Virus record (IMG/VR): IMGVR_UViG_3300029288_007064
Direction: 5' to 3' (one strand)
DNA from: a virus
Taxonomy: Duplodnaviria; Heunggongvirae; Uroviricota; Caudoviricetes
DNA length: 64,000 nt
The notes beneath the pieces are model-generated. The model was not told the DNA's origin. It searched no databases and saw only the letters and a list, made by a program, of their open reading frames with translations. The translations under genes and the position numbers were made by a program. Shown one piece after another: positions 47,687 to 55,606 of this stretch (positions are counted from its first letter, which is position 1; each line of letters opens with the position of its first letter).

Positions 47687-47863
47687 TTAAACGGTCGCAA
47701 ACGCCCTTTTTAGCGTACTTGCCTTATTTTAATAGTGGATTAGGGACACCCTAAGATAATCGAAATTTACCCCCTTGTAGGCGGTGTAGTTTAGGTTAGA
47801 ACCTATTTTCAGGATTAGATTATATCACTATAAAAAGAAAGAAAAAGAAGATAAAGAAGGAAT

Positions 47864-48406
47864 TTACTCCTTCTTCATGGCATCTGCACGCTCACGTGCT
47901 TGCTTTGCCTTGGCTTCGTATTTCGCTGCAATCTTGTTTCTCCTATCTGCAGCATCCTCTAGTTTCTTTGCCTTGTCGGATTCGCGCTTTGCCTTGTTCT
48001 TAGCACGCTCCTTTGCCTTGGCTTCCTTTTCTGCCTCACGCTTCTCCTTGCGCTCCGCTCTCGCTGCCTTATTGGATGCACCGAAAACAAGAACTTTGGA
48101 ACCGTCCTTATTTGCTTGCTCCACATCCGCCCTAAGCTGGTCAAAAAGGTCTCCTCTCAGCATCGACTTAATCTTGGAAGCGTACTGGTTGGTCAACACC
48201 TTACCTTTCAATTCGTCTTTAAGGTCTTCCGTCAAAACGCTTTTCCCGAGCCTGCGGTTCTTGTATGGACGCCCTGCCCTTTCCTCAAGATACCGCGCCA
48301 TATCCTTTTTCTCGGCGTCAGACATCTTTACTTCCTCGCCCATCCTCATTTTTACGAGGAACGGCTTCACTTTCTTTCCTATTGCTTCAAATTCTTGGTC
48401 ATTCAT
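47864..48406 (-). CDS. highly charged Lys/Glu/Ala-rich protein (possible nucleic-acid-binding)
   Basis: 180 aa. C-terminal half is a KEKREAEKEAKAKERAK-type low-complexity helix. TTTAAATA element 27 bp upstream. Confidence 0.4.
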   Translation of the reverse strand: MNDQEFEAIGKKVKPFLVKMRMGEEVKMSDAEKKDMARYLEERAGRPYKNRRLGKSVLTEDLKDELKGKVLTNQYASKIKSMLRGDLFDQLRADVEQANKDGSKVLVFGASNKAARAERKEKREAEKEAKAKERAKNKAKRESDKAKKLEDAADRRNKIAAKYEAKAKQARERADAMKKE

Positions 48407-48576
48407 TGGTTTTCACCATTAAACTTCTAGATGGCAAGGATTTAAATAAGAGTAGGTTTGAAAAAGCAAAGATTTAAATATATCCTAATCGTAAAGGGGC
48501 GAAAAAGTAGAAAAAATCGAATAATTTATGAGAAAAATAAAAATTAGATGAAATAACAAAGGCACTATATTCGATG

Positions 48577-48825
48577 TTATTGCGTTAATGAATCCGCTTT
48601 CTTCGTCACCCTCCTAGCGAATTTAAGGGCTTCTTGCTTAGTGGTAAAGATTACATCATCCCAAGTACGAATGGTGCTTCTGAAAACCACAATATAGTAT
48701 GTTTTTCCGTGATAAAATATGTTCTCCGACCAAACGTTTTTGAACGGCGAAAAATAAAAGGGCTTGCTATGCTTGCCTTCGGAACGTATTTTATCTTCTA
48801 GTTCATAATTTGGTAGTCTAGGCAT
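48577..48825 (-). CDS. small hypothetical protein
   Basis: 82 aa. Confidence 0.3.
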   Translation of the reverse strand: MPRLPNYELEDKIRSEGKHSKPFYFSPFKNVWSENIFYHGKTYYIVVFRSTIRTWDDVIFTTKQEALKFARRVTKKADSLTQ

Positions 48826-48827
48826 TG

Positions 48828-49010
48828 TTATTTCACCCCGTCATATTCATTCAAAACTTTATTTTTAGCAACCAATTTTGCTTTTGCTCCCACTCTTTTG
48901 TGTGTCATTTCATAAACAAATTGTTTCCATTTGTCTTCGACTTCTTTTGTTGAATGCCCCCATGCTAGAACTTTCTGTCCGCGTATAGTTACGACGTATG
49001 TATTTATCAT
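48828..49010 (-). CDS. small hypothetical protein
   Basis: 60 aa. Confidence 0.3.
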   Translation of the reverse strand: MINTYVVTIRGQKVLAWGHSTKEVEDKWKQFVYEMTHKRVGAKAKLVAKNKVLNEYDGVK

Positions 49011-49027
49011 ATTATCACTCTCGTTTC

Positions 49028-49321
49028 TTATTTCCCATATCTCCTTACGCGATTATCTAATTCATCTCTTACTTCTACAACAAATCCATGTGTTCTTGAT
49101 GCCTTGAGCATATTAATTACCTTATTATGATAAGGTTGTTTTGCATATGTTTTAACAAAACCTCCTCCTAAATTCCTACATTCTTCGATTGAAGGCATCG
49201 GTTCTACGGGAAGATTATGTTTTTCTCCATAGTCGTTTATTCTATTTGCTGTCGCATTCCACCATGATTTATTTCCACTTTTTAATATTTTAAAATGTAT
49301 TGTCGTTCCCATAGTTATCAC
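49028..49321 (-). CDS. hypothetical protein
   Basis: 97 aa. Confidence 0.35.
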   Translation of the reverse strand: MITMGTTIHFKILKSGNKSWWNATANRINDYGEKHNLPVEPMPSIEECRNLGGGFVKTYAKQPYHNKVINMLKASRTHGFVVEVRDELDNRVRRYGK

Positions 49322-49323
49322 CT

Positions 49324-49554
49324 TTATAAATTCCTTAATCCGACAGAAAGCGTTAATATCATGTTTGGTGTCACCTTTTTGTATTCTTCTTTGGCTTCTT
49401 CTAGTGTGTTAAATTTACCAAACACTTCCCCGCTTCCTTCGTGCCATTGTCCTCGAACTTTTCTATAAGGATACAATCTATATCCATCTCTGAAATAGAC
49501 AAGTTCTACCATATAGTTTTTTCCTATTTTTTTTCTTGCAATTGTTCTTCCCAT
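49324..49554 (-). CDS. small hypothetical protein
   Basis: 76 aa. Confidence 0.3.
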   Translation of the reverse strand: MGRTIARKKIGKNYMVELVYFRDGYRLYPYRKVRGQWHEGSGEVFGKFNTLEEAKEEYKKVTPNMILTLSVGLRNL

Positions 49555-49555
49555 T

Positions 49556-49753
49556 TCATATCACCTGTTTTCGTTTTTGTATTGCTACTAACTTTTTATT
49601 TATACGACGTAATCTAGATAAAGCGGTCTCACCTCTTTTTCTAGGAGTGTTATTCCATAATCTAGCTACGTCTCGGTCATATTCTCCAGATTCAAAATAT
49701 ACTGCTCTATCGATATATCTTGATGTTTCAGTTTTCTTCTTTTTTCTTAACAT
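49556..49753 (-). CDS. small basic protein
   Basis: 65 aa. Confidence 0.3.
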   Translation of the reverse strand: MLRKKKKTETSRYIDRAVYFESGEYDRDVARLWNNTPRKRGETALSRLRRINKKLVAIQKRKQVI

Positions 49754-49756
49754 AGT

Positions 49757-50143
49757 TCACCTCATTTTGGTTATTCTACTCTTTATTTTTCTTCTTACCC
49801 TAAGATAAAGTTCTTCAATAAATCCTCGTTGATAATTTACTTCTCCTTCATAAAAGAACTCATGCAAAGCATTTGCTTCTTGAAATAACTCACTTAATTC
49901 TTTTTCTCTAATGTGCCTTGTTCGCTCTCCATGATTTCCAAATGAAGTATTATTCACGAAATCGATATATTCTCCAAACGCAGAAACAAGTTTTTCTCCT
50001 GCTTGTTGTAGGTGTATTATTTTTTGTCTATCGCTACTAAGATATCTTTGATATTCTTTACTAGAGTATTCTAACATACCTTTAGCGTTGTATTTAACCA
50101 TCTCTCTTTGATTTTGAGAAAGTTCAAATGGCTCATGACCCAT
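49757..50143 (-). CDS. paralog family member A (LQQAGEKL...ALHEFFYEGE family)
   Basis: 128 aa; shares conserved blocks with 50156..50512 and 51384..51791. Confidence 0.5.
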   Translation of the reverse strand: MGHEPFELSQNQREMVKYNAKGMLEYSSKEYQRYLSSDRQKIIHLQQAGEKLVSAFGEYIDFVNNTSFGNHGERTRHIREKELSELFQEANALHEFFYEGEVNYQRGFIEELYLRVRRKIKSRITKMR

Positions 50144-50155
50144 AGTTATTTCACC

Positions 50156-50512
50156 TCATAAAGCATTAATTCTATTTTCTAACGATTTAACGACTTCATT
50201 ATAAGTTTTCTTCGCATATCCATGCGCTTCACTCATACCACCATGATAAAAAAATTCATGTAAAGCATCCATTTTAGACATTAGGTCAAAATTTCTTTGG
50301 TCTCTTGTAGATAGCATCCTTATATCATCATGATTTGTTGTTATCACATTATATTTTATTTCTAAATATCTAGAAAACGCATTGAATAGTTTCTCTCCCG
50401 CTTGCTGAAGATAAACGATTTCTCCCGTTTTTTCATATTGCGTATATTCTAATTTAGAATGTTTAAGCATCTCCTTTGCGTTTATTTTCAATAAATCCCA
50501 CTTTGTTATCAT
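50156..50512 (-). CDS. paralog family member B
   Basis: 118 aa; YLQQAGEKLFNAF...ALHEFFYHGG. Confidence 0.5.
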   Translation of the reverse strand: MITKWDLLKINAKEMLKHSKLEYTQYEKTGEIVYLQQAGEKLFNAFSRYLEIKYNVITTNHDDIRMLSTRDQRNFDLMSKMDALHEFFYHGGMSEAHGYAKKTYNEVVKSLENRINAL

Positions 50513-50524
50513 GTTATTTCACCT

Positions 50525-50722
50525 TCACATTTTCAATCCATAATGTTTTTTCCTAACTTCTAATATATGCTTGCAAGGTTGCCCGTGCCTAAATCTATAA
50601 GATAAGCATGTGCAATGCCCCGCATACTCGTCATAGGTATCTATCTCTACTAAGTAATGCTTCCTTGCATCTCGTTCGGAAAAGACCCAATAGACATTGT
50701 CTTGGATGTGTTTTATTTTCAT
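50525..50722 (-). CDS. SWIM-type zinc-finger small protein
   Basis: 65 aa; CTCLSYRFRHGQPCKHI = CxCxnCxH. Confidence 0.45.
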   Translation of the reverse strand: MKIKHIQDNVYWVFSERDARKHYLVEIDTYDEYAGHCTCLSYRFRHGQPCKHILEVRKKHYGLKM

Positions 50723-50733
50723 TTACATCGCCG

Positions 50734-51117
50734 TTATTCATATACAAACTGTATATTATTATAAAACCTTACATTTTTAATACTATGCCAAAAAGCTTGT
50801 GCGCTTATTGTGTTCGCTTCTCCTATAAACTTACCAAATTTCCTTCGCACCATTTTAGCAACCTTAGTTCCGAATCCTTTTCGCTGAAAAGGTTCATCAA
50901 ATCCAATACCAAATAACATCGGATAACAACCTAATTCTTTTACTAACCAATTCCTACTACAATGTTCCGAATTGCGTTTAAGGCAACACATAAATAACAT
51001 CTCTACGTCTCCTATTTCTCCTATGTCTGTTTCTATTGTTGCATATTTCTTTATTATACAATCACACATTGAATTTTTATTTTGTGTTTTGTAAATAAAC
51101 TTTATTATCGGTATCAC
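50734..51117 (-). CDS. GNAT-family N-acetyltransferase (candidate)
   Basis: 127 aa; FQRKGFGTKVAKMV resembles the GNAT acetyl-CoA-binding motif A. Confidence 0.45.
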   Translation of the reverse strand: MIPIIKFIYKTQNKNSMCDCIIKKYATIETDIGEIGDVEMLFMCCLKRNSEHCSRNWLVKELGCYPMLFGIGFDEPFQRKGFGTKVAKMVRRKFGKFIGEANTISAQAFWHSIKNVRFYNNIQFVYE

Positions 51118-51125
51118 CTTTTTAT

Positions 51126-51377
51126 TTATTCCACCTTCTTCGGCATTCCCTCTCCAGGAAGCTCAGACCTTGGTATATAGCTAACCCAAAGTTCATAGTC
51201 TTGGGTGGTGGAATTGCTTCTTACATGTGCAATAAACCCATCCATTTCAGCTTCTCTTTTCCATCGTTCAGCTTCTGCTCTAGTAGGAAAGTTTCTTCCT
51301 TCCTTATCTACTATACGATGGCAAAGAATACCCTCGATTGTCTTTTCATCCGGTTCATCTGGTCCTAATAGTCCCAT
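51126..51377 (-). CDS. small hypothetical protein
   Basis: 83 aa. Confidence 0.3.
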   Translation of the reverse strand: MGLLGPDEPDEKTIEGILCHRIVDKEGRNFPTRAEAERWKREAEMDGFIAHVRSNSTTQDYELWVSYIPRSELPGEGMPKKVE

Positions 51378-51383
51378 GTTATT

Positions 51384-51791
51384 TCACCTCAATCTTGCTT
51401 TTAATTTATTTATAACACTCTTGTATCTTCTTTCTGCTATCTGTCTCAATGCACTTACTTCTCCATTATAGAAAAAATAATGTAATTGCACGGCATCATT
51501 TAACAAACTACTATCTTTTTCGTTGTTCATCACACGATAAGATATTGCTTGATATCCTCTTTCTTGTTTATCATATTTTGCCATGAGAAAATTCTCAACA
51601 GCACTATACAACTTCTCACACGCTTCTTGCAAATGTATCATATTGTTATTTTCATCTTCTTTATATTTTTTATATTCAATATCCGCTTCTCGCATTTTTA
51701 TTTTTAAATCCTCTTTAAAAATTGTTTTCCAATTTTCAATATTTTGATTAAATTGTTGAGACTCTCTACTTGATAAAACATATGGTTTCAT
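51384..51791 (-). CDS. paralog family member C
   Basis: 135 aa; HLQEACEKLYSAV...QLHYFFYNGE. Confidence 0.45.
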   Translation of the reverse strand: MKPYVLSSRESQQFNQNIENWKTIFKEDLKIKMREADIEYKKYKEDENNNMIHLQEACEKLYSAVENFLMAKYDKQERGYQAISYRVMNNEKDSSLLNDAVQLHYFFYNGEVSALRQIAERRYKSVINKLKARLR

Positions 51792-51977
51792 TTTATTTCA
51801 CCTTATAGATTATCAAATCCTTGGTCTATGTATTTCCTTTTAACAAAATTCATCAAACCTTTAAGCGTCTTAAAGTCGGGTGTCATAGCCATATTTGGAC
51901 CACCACTTTTTGGTATCACGATTACCATATACGTATCTTTTGTTCTTACCATAGTTTATCACCTTATATCATATATT

Positions 51978-52004
51978 CCATACTATTTATAACCCTTTGC
52001 TCTT
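51978..52004 (-). promoter_or_regulatory. archaeal-type TATA-box-like promoter, 27-bp duplicate of the element at 32335
   Basis: TTTATAAC at 51986-51993, 34 bp upstream of a small unlisted ORF (MVRTKDTYMVIV..., ATG at 51952). Confidence 0.35.
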
Positions 52005-52009
52005 CTTCT

Positions 52010-52246
52010 TTATTTATTTTTTAACACTATTAATTCACCATTTCCCGTTTCATTATATATAATATCTATTCCATAACGGGCATTGGTAAAGAGACGATAG
52101 GGCATAGAGTCCCCATATAAAATTCTACTCTCTACTTTATATCCGCGTCGCTTTAAAATATTGGCAACTTTTACCAAATCTTTTTTGCTATAATACATAT
52201 CCATTTGTTTCAGGTTTTTGGGTGGTGCTTTAGACCAAGCATTCAT
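52010..52246 (-). CDS. small hypothetical protein
   Basis: 78 aa. Confidence 0.3.
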   Translation of the reverse strand: MNAWSKAPPKNLKQMDMYYSKKDLVKVANILKRRGYKVESRILYGDSMPYRLFTNARYGIDIIYNETGNGELIVLKNK

Positions 52247-52393
52247 GTTTTCATCACCTTCTTGTTCTTTGCATTTTATTTAATATATTTGCATATTGCA
52301 TTCTAACCTTTTCATTTACGTTCACATTTGCTAAATAAGATACTATTGCTTGCGTAATAAAGATTTTCTCATGGTCTGATAGATATACTTGAT

Positions 52394-52612
52394 TCACTTT
52401 TTCACCTTCGTGGATATAAAATTCTTAACAGTTTGTATTACACCACCATTAGAAAATAACGCGCCAACTATTATCATGCCTATTCCTAGCAATATAAGCG
52501 TGCTTGCATCACCAATATAGGTTTCTGCGATAGTCACTATTCCCCAAATCATAATAGTAAATCCAAAGAACATGAGCAATAACAACAGGTAGTGTTTTAT
52601 TGTTCGTATCAT
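52394..52612 (-). CDS. small membrane protein
   Basis: 72 aa, two TM helices. Confidence 0.35.
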   Translation of the reverse strand: MIRTIKHYLLLLLMFFGFTIMIWGIVTIAETYIGDASTLILLGIGMIIVGALFSNGGVIQTVKNFISTKVKK

Positions 52613-52804
52613 ATTTTTACCTCATTCTTCGGCATGCGCTTTTATATCTACTTCGAAATAACCATATTCTTTCCTTATTCTTTCTAGTATAGTTGATAGA
52701 CCAGATAGACTTGTGAACTTTTCATGTATTGTAGAACGCCCAAGACCACCTTGACCATGTCCAATAACCAAACCTTCAAATATTCCTTTCTTTGTCATGT
52801 TATT

Positions 52805-52999
52805 TCACCTCATTAATTTATCTATATCATTTTTTATTCTATTAAATGCTTCTCTCCGATTGGCGAATTCACCATCTTGAAGACATACTTTCTTTCCTCT
52901 TGCGACTATGTATACGCCTTCTGGTTTGTCTATGTATGTTATTTCAAAATCTTTATAAATACACATGTCTTGTTTATCACCTCCTTTGTCATCGCGCAC
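52805..52999 (-). CDS. small hypothetical protein
   Basis: 64 aa. Confidence 0.3.
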   Translation of the reverse strand: MRDDKGGDKQDMCIYKDFEITYIDKPEGVYIVARGKKVCLQDGEFANRREAFNRIKNDIDKLMR

Positions 53000-53105
53000 A
53001 CATAAAATAATTATTTCTTTTTCTTCTTAAACCTATTGTGTGCATACATCTTTGCAAACTGTTTTCTCCATGCTTTCTGCTTTGCTGTTGCCATAATTTA
53101 TCACC

Positions 53106-53405
53106 TTATATTTTTATAATACTTACATCGTGTTTCATTATAAGTTTGTGGAGTATCTGGTCGATTACAATATAACCCAATAACCACACGACCGATGTTA
53201 GGTATACATTACCTAAAAAGTTCATCAGAGGAATCCATATAGCTAAAAGTGCTATTCCTCCTACAATATAGTGCGCCAATTCTTTCCAATTTATTTTCAT
53301 ATATATCACCTCACGACGAACTTCCACTTTGTTTATACTGATTTTCTTGTCCCTCTTCTGTTTGAGAAGTTCCAGATTGCTCTTGTGTTTGCAACATGGT
53401 TTCAA
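53106..53405 (-). CDS. small membrane protein (probable start at internal Met, about 53300)
   Basis: Two TM helices; an internal start at about 53300 would remove the overlap with the upstream gene. Confidence 0.35.
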   Translation of the reverse strand: MKPCCKHKSNLELLKQKRDKKISINKVEVRREVIYMKINWKELAHYIVGGIALLAIWIPLMNFLGNVYLTSVVWLLGYIVIDQILHKLIMKHDVSIIKI

Positions 53406-53853
53406 TAGAGGTTTGAGATTTTTCTTGCAATTGAGTTTGAAGTTGGGTTTGTTGCTGTGTCATCGTTTGCTCATGCAGATTTATTTCTAGTTGAAGTCTT
53501 TCTCTTTGTTTTTGAAGAATAATTTCATCCTTGCTTGCAGACGTTGTGCCAAGAGTTACCGCAGCAATCCTTGTTTGTATTTCGTTTCTTATCTGTATTT
53601 CCTTTGATTCAAGTGCTGTAATTGGTTTTCCTAATTGCATCTCTTTATTCATTTCTAAATACAATTGCTGCTGAATTTCCATTCTTACCTTTGCTTGTGA
53701 AACTTCATCTCCAATAATGTCGGTTATCACAACATTTATATTCCTCGTCATCTCTTTAATGGTATAAGCAAATCCATCACTAGGAGAAACTACATCTGCT
53801 GTTTGTGCAAACAGTATTCCAATAATACATAGTGCCATTATTTCGTTTTTCAT
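53311..53853 (-). CDS. secreted Gln-rich coiled-coil protein
   Basis: 180 aa; N-terminal signal-like MKNEIMALCIIGILFAQTA; QQQTQLQTQLQ stretch. Confidence 0.45.
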   Translation of the reverse strand: MKNEIMALCIIGILFAQTADVVSPSDGFAYTIKEMTRNINVVITDIIGDEVSQAKVRMEIQQQLYLEMNKEMQLGKPITALESKEIQIRNEIQTRIAAVTLGTTSASKDEIILQKQRERLQLEINLHEQTMTQQQTQLQTQLQEKSQTSIETMLQTQEQSGTSQTEEGQENQYKQSGSSS

Positions 53854-54024
53854 TTCATATCACCCATTTACCAATATTTTTTTGTCCAAAAAAGAAAGCA
53901 ACTTATTCCAGCAAACACATCAACGATTCCTTGCAACAAAATTCCTTCTACAACAAAAAACACAGCGAGTAGAAGTACCCAATGGTTTTTGATAAAAGTT
54001 TCTATATTTTTCATAATTATCACA

Positions 54025-54207
54025 TCACCAAGATTTTATAAAAATAAATCCAATTACCGCAAATACCATTCCCGCAAATACTCTTTGCACCATATAAGAG
54101 AATTGTATGACATCCGGGAAAAAAGATGATAGAGCAATGCTTCCACCAAAAACTATAAGAAATATCCCAATCATCTGACCTACAGTAATTTCTTTTTTCT
54201 TTTTCAT
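54025..54207 (-). CDS. small membrane protein
   Basis: 60 aa, two TM helices. Confidence 0.35.
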   Translation of the reverse strand: MKKKKEITVGQMIGIFLIVFGGSIALSSFFPDVIQFSYMVQRVFAGMVFAVIGFIFIKSW

Positions 54208-55338
54208 TCAAGCCACCCTCACGCAATAGATGTGTTGCGCATCTTTGCATTCTTTTGTTATAGTATTCTCAATCCAAGGAACCGCATTACTTCCTGAATT
54301 TCCAACAATACCAAAGTATCCTGCTGTAACCCATCCCCAATTATGGCAATTAGTTCCCAAATCCCCGCCATTATAGGAATTTCCACCTACGTTAGTTCCG
54401 GTCCAAACATCTACACCCCCTGTAAGCAAATTATTCTCATCTCTATCAACTGCATGTGATAAAGTTCCATCGAATAAATCCGCTTTGCTATTTGCTATTA
54501 AATCTCCATTAATCGTTCTATACGTTGTATCGGTTATTCTATCTTTTGCATTAATCGTTGCATCGCTTGCAAGTATTTTCCAAGTTCCGGTAAGACCAAG
54601 GGTTGAATACTGAGAAGCAACTTGGCACTTCTCATCACCACCTGTAAGACCTCCGAATGCTCCGTTCCACTTTGTTGCGGAAACAAATATTGTTCCAACC
54701 GAATGTATTTCTTGTTCAATTGGTGGTTTGCATTCACATGCTTCTGCACCCGTTTGCTGGCAAGTAGTTCCTTGCGGGAAAGTTCCATCGCATTGTCCTG
54801 TTTGGGATAATACTATGCTATGCCAAGCACAAGTGTATTGGTCTTGGTTATCATCTTGTGCTTCAGGTGGATTTTTATCGCAAAGACACCCAACATAATG
54901 AGCTGTATTGCTGCATACCCAATCTGCTTTTAATGTATTCACGCAATAGTTCTCAAGCTGATTTAAGAACATAGTTCCGCATGTTATTGTATATGCAGGA
55001 GGCACAGAACATCCAACTTCATCAGCGTCTGCTTTCCATATTCCTCCACCACTAGTACAAGAATTTCCAAATGCTGCAAGATTACTTGCACCCATCCAAT
55101 TACTAAATTCAGTTGCTAAATTTAATGATGCGCAAGTTGTTGCTGGCTCTGGTGTATAATCTGGATTATCCGGATTGCTACCAGAACCAAATCCACCGCC
55201 TTCTATATAGTTATTAATGATTATTTTAAATTCTGGAATAATATAATATGCTGTTATGCATATAGCTATTATAGCTAAGAATATCCAAACTCCGGTGTTC
55301 ATTGTCAAATTATTTATTATATCGTTTTTCTTTTTCAT
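54208..55338 (-). CDS. membrane-anchored Cys-rich (about 22 Cys) extracellular protein
   Basis: 376 aa; N-terminal TM helix then Gly/Asn/Thr/Cys-rich ectodomain. Confidence 0.5.
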   Translation of the reverse strand: MKKKNDIINNLTMNTGVWIFLAIIAICITAYYIIPEFKIIINNYIEGGGFGSGSNPDNPDYTPEPATTCASLNLATEFSNWMGASNLAAFGNSCTSGGGIWKADADEVGCSVPPAYTITCGTMFLNQLENYCVNTLKADWVCSNTAHYVGCLCDKNPPEAQDDNQDQYTCAWHSIVLSQTGQCDGTFPQGTTCQQTGAEACECKPPIEQEIHSVGTIFVSATKWNGAFGGLTGGDEKCQVASQYSTLGLTGTWKILASDATINAKDRITDTTYRTINGDLIANSKADLFDGTLSHAVDRDENNLLTGGVDVWTGTNVGGNSYNGGDLGTNCHNWGWVTAGYFGIVGNSGSNAVPWIENTITKECKDAQHIYCVRVA

Positions 55339-55606
55339 TTATTCCACCTCTAGTGCTATTTGATAAATCCAAAGACATGCTATTGTTAATGTAGTGAAGC
55401 ATATAAATAACCCATAGAAAATCCCTACGAGTAATCCTGTCATTAGCATTTCAATTCGTATTCACCATTCCAATCTTGGTTTAACTTTGCGATAACATTT
55501 TAAGCATACATGGTCTTTACCGATTTTCATCTTACTTTCCTTTTTTACAGAATATTTCTTTCTGCAAATTGGACATATGTTTTTTCCAGACACCATAGTA
55601 TTCACC

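Noticed and set aside
47690-47850. tRNA or small structured RNA in the GC-richer tail of the repeat region
   Set aside because: I could not fold a cloverleaf (no GTTC-type T-loop, no acceptor-stem pairing) on either strand. Kept only as a weak ncRNA candidate inside finding 3.
47877-48422. 181-aa plus-strand ORF (Ala/Ser/Leu/Phe-rich)
   Set aside because: It is antisense to the Lys/Glu/Ala-rich 47864..48406 gene. Its composition is the mirror image of that low-complexity coding sequence, and all neighbours are minus-strand. Most likely a spurious shadow ORF.
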